From Chloroflexia bacterium (GTDB lineage Bacteria > Chloroflexota > Chloroflexia > Thermomicrobiales > UBA6265): DNA of 28,492 bases. Positions 7,772-16,884 of this stretch are shown in pieces. The translations under genes were made by a program, and so were the position numbers. Location: positions 1-28,492 of the forward strand of contig JACCYX010000450.1 in the NCBI GenBank assembly GCA_013696265.1, given 5' to 3'. Below the pieces are notes generated by a model. That model had not been told where the DNA came from. It searched no databases and saw only the letters and a program-made list of their open reading frames with translations. Each line of letters opens with the position of its first letter. Position 1 is the stretch's first letter.

Positions 7772-8841
7772 GGCCGCATCGCCTGGTGAAGATCGCCGGT
7801 GGCTCCTCCCAATGCCGCGACCGTTTGGGGATCGGCGCCCGCGCGAATCGCCGGTTCGACGATATCCGGCATGAGATCGGGCACCCAGGAGACGAGCGCG
7901 ACGCACGGTTCCAAAGCCGTCAGGATCGACGGGCGTTTCGATGGCCAGACCACGGCCGACGAACCGCGGCCGATCCTCAAGTCATTCACGTTTGCCTCCC
8001 CTTCGAGCATCGTGACCACGCCGAGGCTGCCGGATTTCGAGATTTCCAGGGATCCGCCCCGCGGCAGAGCGATCCGTTCGAGCGCGAATGGGCGGCACGC
8101 GGCGAGAAGATGCCGTTCCCCGATCGCTGGCCGAAGCGAAACGGGAGAGATGAGTTCGGGAATCGACTGGAGTTGGGCCACCGCGAACCCCGCGTCGAGA
8201 TGCACCTCGCGGGGGTTGCCTTCGGCGTCGACCCGACCCCAATCGTCGAGCCGGTAGGTGATGTCGGACGGTTGCTGCACTTCGTAAACCATCACCCCGG
8301 CGCCGAGCGCGTGCACGGTGCCGGCGGGAATGAGGACCGTGGTGCCGGGCCGGGCCGGGACGGTTCGCATCATGCGCGCCGATGAGCCATCCAGCCGGGT
8401 AGCCGCCTCCTGAAACTCGGCAAGGCTCACGCCGGGCCGGATTCCGAGGTAGAGTACCGAACCGGGATCGGCTTCAAGTATGTGCCAGGCTTCGGTTTTC
8501 CCGAGCCGGTCCAGATGCGCGGCCTGGCTGTCGTCTGGATGGACCTGGATCGACAGGTTTCCCCCGGCGTCGATGAGCTTGACCAGCAAGGGGAAAACCG
8601 GCCGGCCACCGACCGCGTCGTGCGCTGTCGCCCCAAGACGTGCCGACGGATCGGCCTCGACGATTTGCCCAAGCGTCTGGCCCGCCAGGTAGCCGGTCGA
8701 AACAACCGCCTCGCCGGCGGTAATCAGCGCCTCGCCGATGGGCTCGCCTAGGGGCAGCGCAAGCCCGTAGCGGCCAAGCTTGCGCCCGCCCCAGGGCTTG
8801 CTATCGAGACGCGGCGAGACGAGGGAAACGCGATTGTCCAA
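7768..8841 (-). CDS. manA: Type I (class I) mannose-6-phosphate isomerase, cupin
   Basis: KPWGGRKL, IGEA, FPLLVKLIDA...LSIQVHPDD, GKTEAW, IPAGTVHAL, EVQQPSDITYRLDDWGR. Probable TTG start at 8841 with GGAG upstream (8856 is an alternative). The ORF-track extension to 10179 is antisense to manC. Confidence 0.93.
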   Translation of the reverse strand: MDNRVSLVSPRLDSKPWGGRKLGRYGLALPLGEPIGEALITAGEAVVSTGYLAGQTLGQIVEADPSARLGATAHDAVGGRPVFPLLVKLIDAGGNLSIQVHPDDSQAAHLDRLGKTEAWHILEADPGSVLYLGIRPGVSLAEFQEAATRLDGSSARMMRTVPARPGTTVLIPAGTVHALGAGVMVYEVQQPSDITYRLDDWGRVDAEGNPREVHLDAGFAVAQLQSIPELISPVSLRPAIGERHLLAACRPFALERIALPRGGSLEISKSGSLGVVTMLEGEANVNDLRIGRGSSAVVWPSKRPSILTALEPCVALVSWVPDLMPDIVEPAIRAGADPQTVAALGGATGDLHQAMRP

Positions 8842-8988
8842 CGGAACTTGCTCCAACGATTCGCCAAAGGTAGGTGCCCTAAATGCCCATTGCCGCATCG
8901 TACTATGTTCGCCACCATAGAGGTCTGCCCGAGCCTGGACACGCCAGGCGTGGATGGGAATTTTTCGGGAAACCATGGAGCACGACGC

Positions 8989-10113
8989 ATGACCATCTCG
9001 GAAACCTCCAGCATCACGACGCGGCGGCGAACGGGCGCCTTCTGGGCTGTTATCCCGGCGGGCGGCTCGGGCACGCGCCTGTGGCCGCTGAGCCGCTCGA
9101 CGCGGCCGAAGTTCCTGCTCCCGTTGCTTGGGAACCAATCGCTCCTGCAGCAGACCTTTGACCGGCTCCGCCCACTGACCGACCCGGAACACATCGTGGT
9201 CGTCTGCGGACCGGCTCACGTCGCCGCAATCGCGCGGCAACTCCCCGACCTGCCATCCGGAAACATCATCGTCGAACCGGCCCCGAACGGGACCGGTCCG
9301 GCCCTCGCCCTGGCCTCGGCGCTGATTGCCCGGCAGGATCCGGACGCGATCATGGGTAGCTTCGCGGCCGACCATGACGTTACGGATACCGGGAGCTTCG
9401 AAACCGCCGTCCGGACCGCGATCGCGGCGGCGGCGACGGGCGACCTGGTCACGATCGGACTCACGCCGACCCGGCCCGAAACCGGCTACGGCTACATCGA
9501 ACGGACCGATGACGTCGTGGTCGATACCGGTGCCGGCGTGGCTTACCGGGCGGCCCGCTTCGTCGAGAAACCAGACCTGGACACCGCCCAACGATATGTC
9601 GAGAGCGGTTCCTTTCTCTGGAACGCCGCGATGTTCACCTGGCGCGTCGACACGCTGCTGGACGAACTCAAGCGTCAGCAGCCGCAAATCTTCGAAGGTG
9701 TCCAGGCCATCGCCAAAGCCTGGGACACCCGCTCCCGAGAGCGGGTGACGGCTTCGATTTGGCCGACCCTCCCCAACATCACGATCGACCACGGAATCAT
9801 GGAACATGCGGCGCGGGTCGCCGTGGTGCCGGCCGAAATGGGGTGGTCCGATGTCGGCGACTGGAACGGCCTGGGCGAAATGATCGAGCAGGACGCGCTC
9901 GGCAATTCGGTGCGCGGCGATCTCCTTCAGATCGACACGACCAACAGCGTGATCTGGTCGGAAACCGGACGCATGGTGGCGATGGTGGGGTTGGACAACA
10001 TCATCGTGGTCGACACCGACGACGCGTTGCTCGTGATCGACCGAGCGAAGTCGCAGGATGTCCGTCAGGTGGTGGAGCGCCTCAAATCGGGGATGCGGAC
10101 CGAGTTGAGTTGA
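8989..10113 (+). CDS. manC: Mannose-1-phosphate guanylyltransferase
   Basis: AVIPAGGSGTRLWPLSRSTRPK, EPAPNGTGPA, ADH, PETGYGYI, FVEKP, WNAAMF, WSDVGDW; GGAG before ATG 8989. Confidence 0.96.
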   Translation: MTISETSSITTRRRTGAFWAVIPAGGSGTRLWPLSRSTRPKFLLPLLGNQSLLQQTFDRLRPLTDPEHIVVVCGPAHVAAIARQLPDLPSGNIIVEPAPNGTGPALALASALIARQDPDAIMGSFAADHDVTDTGSFETAVRTAIAAAATGDLVTIGLTPTRPETGYGYIERTDDVVVDTGAGVAYRAARFVEKPDLDTAQRYVESGSFLWNAAMFTWRVDTLLDELKRQQPQIFEGVQAIAKAWDTRSRERVTASIWPTLPNITIDHGIMEHAARVAVVPAEMGWSDVGDWNGLGEMIEQDALGNSVRGDLLQIDTTNSVIWSETGRMVAMVGLDNIIVVDTDDALLVIDRAKSQDVRQVVERLKSGMRTELS

Positions 10114-10145
10114 TGGGAGAGGATTCGCGTCTTCTCGAATCGTGT

Positions 10146-10363
10146 TGGGGAGGGCGAGCGAGCCGTTAATCCGAACCACGCGACGACGCGCGGCTCCCGG
10201 GCGCCTGTCCAGAGCGCAGCATGGGACCCTCCCGCCTGGTCGCCGGTCCCCAAGACCCCGGTTCGTGGCTCAGCCTGGGGTGACGAGGCATCGCGGGAGG
10301 GCATACGCGGGCCAATGCCTTGTAGCGAAAGGTGGCATTAACGAGCCCGCTAGCCCTCCTCTA
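10146..10363 (-). ncRNA. Candidate 6S-like structured RNA
   Basis: Ends pair over about 22 bp (10147-10170 with 10337-10361). Central asymmetric bubble, perfect 9-bp inner stem (10227-10235/10293-10301) plus further pairing. Intergenic between convergent genes. TATGGT -10-like hexamer on the minus strand at 10375-10370. Confidence 0.5.
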
Positions 10364-10404
10364 CAGGCACCATAATTTCAAAAGTCGGGGCCAACCATCT
10401 CCAT

Positions 10405-11211
10405 TCATCCGAAACTCGACTTTGCTCTGGCCAGCGGTTCGTCGGTCCGAGACGCGTCAGGAGTGCCTGGATCATCCACGTTGAGTTGGTTGTCGCCCCC
10501 GCGGCGGACTTCGTCCGTCGGCGTGGGATCCGGTGCCTCATCGGAGGCCGGTTCGAATCCCGTGGGCGTCGAGGGAGCAGCGGCGTCGTTCTCAGTTTCG
10601 GACCCGGACTCGGTAGCCGTTGGCGCGGCGTCGATGACCGATTCCATCGTCGCCGTCGGGTCGGTGGACCCGCCTCCATCGCCGTCCCGATTGAGGAGCC
10701 AGATCAGCGCGACGATCGCCACCAGCAGGATTGCCGCTCCCACCAGGATGAGCATTCGGGTTCGGTCGTCGTCCGGGAACCGCCAGGGAAACATGCCGTC
10801 GGTGCGCCCACCGTCATCGCCGTCGTCGTCGTACGTCACGCGGGGGCCGTCGTCCCGATCCGAGGCGACTGAGTCCCGCCAGTAGGTCCGCGGCCGGCTT
10901 CGCGGCCTGACGTCGGGCTCCTCTTCCGCCTCCCTGGGCGGTAAGGGGGACCCTGCTGACGGGGACGAACCCGTCGCGCGTTCAGCCGACTTGGCGGCGC
11001 GGCGTCCCGATCGACCGGACCGGGTCGGGGTACCGAAAAGCTCGGCGGCAGAGCGGACGGTGGATGAGACGTAGGAGCCAAAATCCACCGGCTGGCCGGA
11101 CTCGGCGTCCCGCGGATTATCTGGTTGGGCCGGATCGTTCGGCGATGGCGGATTCCTGGAATCCGGCCGCTCGTTCCTTCTGGTTGGAGGGTTTGAATCG
11201 CCAGTCGACAT
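10405..11211 (-). CDS. Hypothetical single-pass membrane protein, low complexity
   Basis: Pro/Arg/Asp-rich N region, one TM (MLILVGAAILLVAIVALIWLL), acidic Thr/Pro-rich C tail; GGAG 7 nt before ATG 11211. Confidence 0.75.
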   Translation of the reverse strand: MSTGDSNPPTRRNERPDSRNPPSPNDPAQPDNPRDAESGQPVDFGSYVSSTVRSAAELFGTPTRSGRSGRRAAKSAERATGSSPSAGSPLPPREAEEEPDVRPRSRPRTYWRDSVASDRDDGPRVTYDDDGDDGGRTDGMFPWRFPDDDRTRMLILVGAAILLVAIVALIWLLNRDGDGGGSTDPTATMESVIDAAPTATESGSETENDAAAPSTPTGFEPASDEAPDPTPTDEVRRGGDNQLNVDDPGTPDASRTDEPLARAKSSFG

Positions 11212-11418
11212 GTGGAGGCTCCGCCACGACCCAGTGAGATGCTCCCGGCCTCGACATCCCCCTTCAGCCCGAACGGTGGAGTGTCGCGACACGGGCGCGG
11301 ACACGAGCCCCGGCGTCCAACCTGGAATGCCGTACTCGCGACGTATCCGTCAGTCTAGCCTAACAAGACACTTTCGCTAGGTGGCGGTGTGTACGTACAT
11401 GAGCGTGAGCCACTCTCC

Positions 11419-12273
11419 TCACCGTCGGAATGGGTCGATGTCGATATCCATGAGTTCCTCGGCGATCGCCCGGAGCTGGCTCGCGGCCCGGCCCAGAATG
11501 GCCGTGCCCGCTTCGGCGGTCGCTTGTGAGGAATCGCCGTTGACCCCGGAGTCCGTCGTTCGGTGCTGGACAATGGGCAAGACGCCGCCGGCGGCGCGGA
11601 CGATGGACTGAACCCGCCGGACGGGCTCGTTGACCTCGCGGGTCCCAAGCGCAGTTCGACCAACGAGGTCCGGCCGAATCGCGAGGATGACCGAGCTTTC
11701 ATCACCGCCGCCGTGGCCGATCGCCTCGGGACCGAGCAGCTCCTGGGCCGCGTTCGCGATCAACGAGTAAGCGTAAACCGACGCGACGATCGGCACGCCG
11801 TGATCGCGGTGACAACGTTCGACCGCTAGCTGGAGCGCCGCGTTGTTGCCGCCGTGGGTGTTGACGATCAGGAGGCGCTCGATGCCGTAGCCGTGGAGGG
11901 ACCGGATCGTGTCCTCGACGATGGCGATCAGCGTTTCTTCACGCAGCGAAATCGTGCCCGGCAGGCCGAGGTGGTGCCAGGAGACACCCCAGGGAATGGC
12001 GGGCGCCACGGCGACCCTGGGCCGCAAGAAAGTGGCGGTCAGCCCGCAGAGCACCTGGGCGGTGAGCGTGTCGGTCGACACCGGCAGGGCCGGGCCGTGC
12101 TGCTCGTGCGCTCCCACCGGGATCAGGACCAGATCGAGACGCTCGGCCACCGCGGCGAACGCGGGCGAGGTCAGATCCGCCAGCAGGATCGGTCCCGTTC
12201 CCGTCGAGCCGTCGCGCGATGGGCCACGATCGTCGTCCAGAGTCGTGTTGACGGTCCTGTCTCCCGTATCCAT
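11419..12273 (-). CDS. Creatininase / creatinine amidohydrolase family protein
   Basis: IPVGAHEQHGPALPVSTD, PWGVSWHH, NTHGGN, GHGGGDES metal-binding motifs. Confidence 0.93.
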   Translation of the reverse strand: MDTGDRTVNTTLDDDRGPSRDGSTGTGPILLADLTSPAFAAVAERLDLVLIPVGAHEQHGPALPVSTDTLTAQVLCGLTATFLRPRVAVAPAIPWGVSWHHLGLPGTISLREETLIAIVEDTIRSLHGYGIERLLIVNTHGGNNAALQLAVERCHRDHGVPIVASVYAYSLIANAAQELLGPEAIGHGGGDESSVILAIRPDLVGRTALGTREVNEPVRRVQSIVRAAGGVLPIVQHRTTDSGVNGDSSQATAEAGTAILGRAASQLRAIAEELMDIDIDPFRR

Positions 12274-12393
12274 AGGTCATCCCCCTGTTGGTCGGATCGT
12301 CCCGTCTGAGCCCGAAAAGACCAGTATGGCCGAAGAATGACCTGGGAAACGTAACGAGCCGGTCCGATGTTCATATGGACGTGTCGCCTGGTT

Positions 12394-12422
12394 TTGACTA
12401 TCATATTGAACGTACATAACGT
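12394..12422 (+). promoter_or_regulatory. sigma70-type promoter for the large secreted protein
   Basis: TTGACT (12394-12399), 17-nt spacer, TAACGT (12417-12422); overlapped by the direct repeat AACGTAC x2. Confidence 0.6.
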
Positions 12423-12523
12423 ACGCGGCGGATGTGGCGGGAGGATAGCGGACGAGAGGGAAGGGAAGCCCCCTCGGCCTGGACGTGGCGTTCAGGAACC
12501 GCTCGACAACAAGGATGGAAACC

Positions 12524-15500
12524 ATGCGGCTCTGGCGCCACTCGTTCGAACGCGGGCTCGTGCTCGCGGTCATTTTCGGCATGCTCGCGAGTGTCTTTTC
12601 GCTGGCGTCGAACCCGGACCCGGCGGAGGCGCAATCGGCCACGCCGTCGATCTCCCTCAGCCAGACGCGAGGCCTGCTGGGGCGCTCGATCACCGTGAGT
12701 GGAACCGGGTTCGGCGCCAGCGAGCGAGTCTCGATCCGCTGGCGGTCGTCGACCGCCACGCCGATCGCTCAGCCGCAAACCACGTCGGCCGGTACATTTT
12801 CCGCGTCGATCGCCTTGCCGGATGCCCCGAACGGACCGCAAACCGTCTACGCGAGCGGGCAGCAGTCGGGTCGCCAGGCGACGGCTACCTACACTGTCGA
12901 GCGACCCGCCCCGCGGTCGAGCCGAATCAGCGAGGGCGTCTACAGCGTCTACGCCACCCGGATCGGCCTGATCGGCAACACTACCTCCTCTGGCCATGTG
13001 ATCCGCGAAGGAGACTTTTTCGTCGCCTTGCCGGGCTGCACGCCCACGAACTGCCCTGGTGGTCCTTACTGGGGCTCCATGACCAACTGCGGGAGCCGGT
13101 GCTACGTCAAGATCGTCAATCCCCAGACGAATGCGTGCCGCGTCGAGCCGATCCTCGATGTCGGCCCCTGGTTTCGCGTCGACGACTGGTGGAACCCCAC
13201 GGCCCAACGCTACCTGAACCGGTTGGCGTCCAATCCCGCCGACCTCGTGCAGGGCTACACGGGCACGAACGCCGCCCGCGACGGCTACAACGTCGGCTAC
13301 GGCATCGGCTCGGCGGGCATCGGCAACGACGATACCGGCTCCGGCGGCACCCGACCGGTGCGGCAGGTCGGCAACCGGGCCGCGATCGATCTGGCCGATG
13401 GCACCTGGCGGGCACTCAATCTCTCGTCCGACGGGATCGGGACAACGATCCGGGTGGAGATGCTCTGGCAAACGGGCGCGGACCCGGCTGCCCAGGCGCA
13501 GGCTTGTGGGCACCCCGTGAACCAGACGCCGGCGACCGGCTCGCCGGGCGTCGCCAACCCGTCGTTCCAGGGTGCCGCCCTCACTCCGGTCGGCAGCACG
13601 CAGTCGTCGAACGGCTCCGGTTCGGGCAACGTCCACGACGGCAATCTCCAGACAGCCTGGAGCACGACCAACGCCAACCCGACTTCCGGCCAGTTCACGA
13701 TCGACTACGGGTCGGTTCAGTCCTTGACCGGGATCCGTTGGAACTTCAATCAGTTTGGGTTCGCGGACCGGATGGTGATCGAAACGAGCACGAACGGCTC
13801 GACATGGTCGGCGGTGGGGGTCTACGGCAACGCCAACACTGGGCAGTGGCGTGGTGTCGCGGTCAGTCGCCAGGGCCGCTACGTGCGGTTCTCATTCACC
13901 AACCCGAATGGCGATGCCCGGCTCGGCCAGGTGGCGGAGGTCCAGGTCTGGGGAACTTCGGGATCGGGTTCCACACCTACGCCGACCCCGGCGCCGATCG
14001 CCGGTAGCAACCCGCAACTTGGCGGATCGGTCCTGCCGATCGCCGCGAGTTCGGCCTCGCCCAACTCATCGTCGCCGACCCGCGCGTACGACGGCGACCA
14101 GTCCACGTCGTGGTCTACGACCTCGGTGGACATCCCCGGCACGTCGATGGTGACGTTCGACCTGGGACGGGAGCAACAACTCTCCGGCGTGCGCTGGATG
14201 TATCGGCTCTCCGGCGGCGCCGACCGGATGCGGCTCCAAATCTCCAGCGATGGCACCGCCTGGAGCCAGCTCGTGACCACCTCGAACCGGGTACCGCTCA
14301 CCTGGGAAGGGTGGCGAACGACATCCCGCGCACGGTACGTGCGCTTCGTCTTCGACAACCCGAACGGTGTCCCGGTGCTCGGCTACCTGGCCGAGGTCGA
14401 GGTCTGGGGCACGCCGTCCGCCAGCCCGACTCCGACAGTCATACCGACACCCAGCCCGACCCCGTCGCCAACGGCGACGATGACGCCATCACCAACACCT
14501 TCGCCATCGCCCACGGCAACGGTCGCGCCGACGCAGGCACCCGGCGGATTCGGGGTGGTAGCCAACACCGGAGGGGCGAACCTGCGTTGCCGCACGACCC
14601 CATCGACCAACGGCGGGATCATCGTCTCGCTTCCCGAAGGGACACGGGTGGCCGTGCGTGGCCCCGAATCAGACGGCTGGTACCCGGTGACCTGCGTCAA
14701 CCGGGACGGCTGGGTGTCGGAAGCGTACCTCGAGCTTGAATCCGGGTCGTCAACACCAACCCCAACCGCGACGCCCGGTACGCCCGCGCCGGCCACGTTC
14801 GGCACGATCGCCAATTCGGGGGGATCCCGGGTCAATTGCCGGTTGCAGCCCTCGACGGCGGGGACGATCATCACGAGCCTTCCCGAAGGCACCGAAGTCC
14901 GGCTGCGCGGTCCGCTCCTCGGCGGCTGGCAACCGGTGGTCTGCGCCAACCGCGACGGGTACATCTTCGGTCAGTACGTGGCGGTGTCCTCGTCGACACC
15001 CACGCCCACTCCAACGCCGTCTCCTGGAACCAGCACGTTCGGATTCATCGCGAACGCTGGTGGATCGCGAGTCAACTGCCGCTTGCAACCGTCCACTGCG
15101 GGTACGATCGTCGCCAGCCTGCCCGAAGGGACGCGGCTGGAGCTTCGCGGAGCTGCGCAGGGCGGCTGGCAGCCAGTGCGCTGCGCCAGCCGGAACGCGT
15201 ATGTCTTCGCGCAATACATCTCGATGGAACAGCAGTCACTGGCGCTCGCGCCGCCTGACGTTACCGCCACACCAACCCCGGTGCCGCCGACGACGACTCC
15301 AGTGACGCCCACCGCCACGCCGGCCACTCCAACCGCAACTCCGGTGACACCGACCGCCACACCCGTCACCCCAACACCGACAGCGACGCCCGGCGTGACC
15401 GGGACCGGCTACATCGCGAACGCTGGGGGCGGCCGCGTCAACTGCCGAACGCAGCCATCCACGAGTTCAGGGATCATCGTGGCCCTTGGCGAAGGCGCGA

Positions 15501-16270
15501 TGGTGGATGTGCGCGGCGCGGCGGCCGACGGCTGGCAGGGCGTGCGATGTGGCAACCAGGATGGATTCGTCGCGGCGGAGTTCATCTCATCGCAGCCGCC
15601 AACGCCGACGCCGACTCCGGCTCCGACATCGCCTCCGGCGACCGAAGAACCGGACGTTGAACCAGAACCATCCGTGCCGCGGCCAACCGAGGTAACGGAA
15701 CCTCCGACCCAGGCACCTTCGGCAATGGTCGGCTCCAATCCGCAATTCGGCGGCTCGCCGTTGCAAATCACCGATGTCTGGGGCACGAACGGCGGCAACA
15801 ACGCCTGGCGCGCGATCGACGGGAGCCAGGAGACGAGTTGGGTCTCCGCCGATGGCGTGGGCCAGGCGAGCCTGACCATCAACCTGGGCAGCATCCAGTC
15901 CCTCACCGGAATCCGGTGGATGTATCTTCAGTCGGGCGGAGCGGACAGCATGCGGCTCCAGATTTCGACGGATGGGAACAACTGGACGCAACTGGTCACG
16001 ACGTCGAACCGCGCGCCGTTCACCTGGGAAGGATGGTCTACGGACGCCTCGGCCCAGTACGTGCGTCTCGTCTTCGACAACCCGAATGGCGTGACCACGC
16101 TTGGCTACGTCGCCGAGGTGCAGGTGTGGGGAACAGGCAGCTCGACCGCGGTCCCGGAGGATGCGCCGCTCCTGGCCATTCACCAGCGGGCGGGTCAGGT
16201 TGCAACTCGCGGTCAGGCGGCAGGACGCCGAGAACCAGCTTCGTATGGGCTGTCCTCTGGAAGCGTTTGA
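12524..16270 (+). CDS. Large secreted multidomain cell-envelope protein: Ig-like + RlpA-like double-psi barrel + 3 F5/8 type C (discoidin) + 4 SH3b
   Basis: Signal peptide ending PAEA-Q. DPBB-like segment 12938-13468 (ATRIG...TTSSG...FVALP...DVGP...IDL). Three DG...W/F...RW...W...YVR...AEV.VWG discoidin repeats, four SH3b repeats and Pro/Thr linkers. Start could be 12515. Confidence 0.88.
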   Translation: MRLWRHSFERGLVLAVIFGMLASVFSLASNPDPAEAQSATPSISLSQTRGLLGRSITVSGTGFGASERVSIRWRSSTATPIAQPQTTSAGTFSASIALPDAPNGPQTVYASGQQSGRQATATYTVERPAPRSSRISEGVYSVYATRIGLIGNTTSSGHVIREGDFFVALPGCTPTNCPGGPYWGSMTNCGSRCYVKIVNPQTNACRVEPILDVGPWFRVDDWWNPTAQRYLNRLASNPADLVQGYTGTNAARDGYNVGYGIGSAGIGNDDTGSGGTRPVRQVGNRAAIDLADGTWRALNLSSDGIGTTIRVEMLWQTGADPAAQAQACGHPVNQTPATGSPGVANPSFQGAALTPVGSTQSSNGSGSGNVHDGNLQTAWSTTNANPTSGQFTIDYGSVQSLTGIRWNFNQFGFADRMVIETSTNGSTWSAVGVYGNANTGQWRGVAVSRQGRYVRFSFTNPNGDARLGQVAEVQVWGTSGSGSTPTPTPAPIAGSNPQLGGSVLPIAASSASPNSSSPTRAYDGDQSTSWSTTSVDIPGTSMVTFDLGREQQLSGVRWMYRLSGGADRMRLQISSDGTAWSQLVTTSNRVPLTWEGWRTTSRARYVRFVFDNPNGVPVLGYLAEVEVWGTPSASPTPTVIPTPSPTPSPTATMTPSPTPSPSPTATVAPTQAPGGFGVVANTGGANLRCRTTPSTNGGIIVSLPEGTRVAVRGPESDGWYPVTCVNRDGWVSEAYLELESGSSTPTPTATPGTPAPATFGTIANSGGSRVNCRLQPSTAGTIITSLPEGTEVRLRGPLLGGWQPVVCANRDGYIFGQYVAVSSSTPTPTPTPSPGTSTFGFIANAGGSRVNCRLQPSTAGTIVASLPEGTRLELRGAAQGGWQPVRCASRNAYVFAQYISMEQQSLALAPPDVTATPTPVPPTTTPVTPTATPATPTATPVTPTATPVTPTPTATPGVTGTGYIANAGGGRVNCRTQPSTSSGIIVALGEGAMVDVRGAAADGWQGVRCGNQDGFVAAEFISSQPPTPTPTPAPTSPPATEEPDVEPEPSVPRPTEVTEPPTQAPSAMVGSNPQFGGSPLQITDVWGTNGGNNAWRAIDGSQETSWVSADGVGQASLTINLGSIQSLTGIRWMYLQSGGADSMRLQISTDGNNWTQLVTTSNRAPFTWEGWSTDASAQYVRLVFDNPNGVTTLGYVAEVQVWGTGSSTAVPEDAPLLAIHQRAGQVATRGQAAGRREPASYGLSSGSV

Positions 16271-16284
16271 CCTTGGTGGGGAAT

Positions 16285-16884
16285 CTACGAGCCAGACGCC
16301 GTTCGCCGCCGATTCCGCCCGGCGGGAACGGTCGACATCGAACGCGGGCGGTATCTGAGGCGAATGCGGGCGCTGAGGGCCGATGCCTCCCGGAACCGTT
16401 CCACATCTTCGTACGCGGCGGCGGCGGCCAGCATGCCGGAGCGCGAGAGGTCCCAGAAACCGGGGATGGCGGTCAGGTCGATGGACGATTCGGCGGCGAC
16501 GGCGAACGCGGACCTGGCGTCATCGAACCGTCCGCTCCGGGCGAGGAAGAGACCGCGCACCGCCGCCGATCGGGCACTGCGTTCATGATCCTCGACATCG
16601 ACCGGCCTGGCGGCGGTAGACTGCCCGAGCAATTGCGGATGCCGTCGCCAGCGAAACGCAACGACCGTTTCGGAAACCCTGGGCCAGGCGACCGGTTTGT
16701 CCGGATCGGTGGCGTTGACCAATCGCAAATGGGGATGGGGTTCAGGCGCAAGCGGTGTCAAAGCGGGTTCCTTCGGCATGGACCCGGTGCGGCGAAAGAC
16801 CCGGCGGACCAGTCGCCCCAGGCGATCAGTCAGGCCCCTGGCGCCGGCTTCCATATCGCGCAACGCGAGATCCGTCACCAGCAT
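16285..16884 (-). CDS. Hypothetical protein with a TPR-like helical C-terminal part
   Basis: GGGGAGAG SD before ATG 16884; VRGLFLARSGRFDDARSAFAVA resembles one TPR motif. Confidence 0.65.
   Translation of the reverse strand: MLVTDLALRDMEAGARGLTDRLGRLVRRVFRRTGSMPKEPALTPLAPEPHPHLRLVNATDPDKPVAWPRVSETVVAFRWRRHPQLLGQSTAARPVDVEDHERSARSAAVRGLFLARSGRFDDARSAFAVAAESSIDLTAIPGFWDLSRSGMLAAAAAYEDVERFREASALSARIRLRYRPRSMSTVPAGRNRRRTASGS

Noticed and set aside
8860-10179. N-terminal ~440 aa of the 803-aa ORF containing manA
   Set aside because: Lies antisense to manC; PMI similarity starts only at about 8841.
10221-10290. GGGACCC / GGGGTGA motifs reminiscent of the c-di-AMP (ydaO) riboswitch
   Set aside because: GCTGAATC and TCAGCTAACC core elements are absent, and the region lies between two gene 3' ends rather than in a 5' leader.
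10549-10560. GGTTCGAATCC T-loop-like motif suggesting a tRNA
   Set aside because: T-stem does not pair fully, no D-arm or acceptor stem, and it lies inside the 10405-11211 coding region.
15275-15400. Short tandem repeats (ACGCCCACC/ACTCCG type)
   Set aside because: They encode Pro/Thr/Ala linkers of the secreted protein; not a CRISPR array or DNA-level VNTR with unique spacers.
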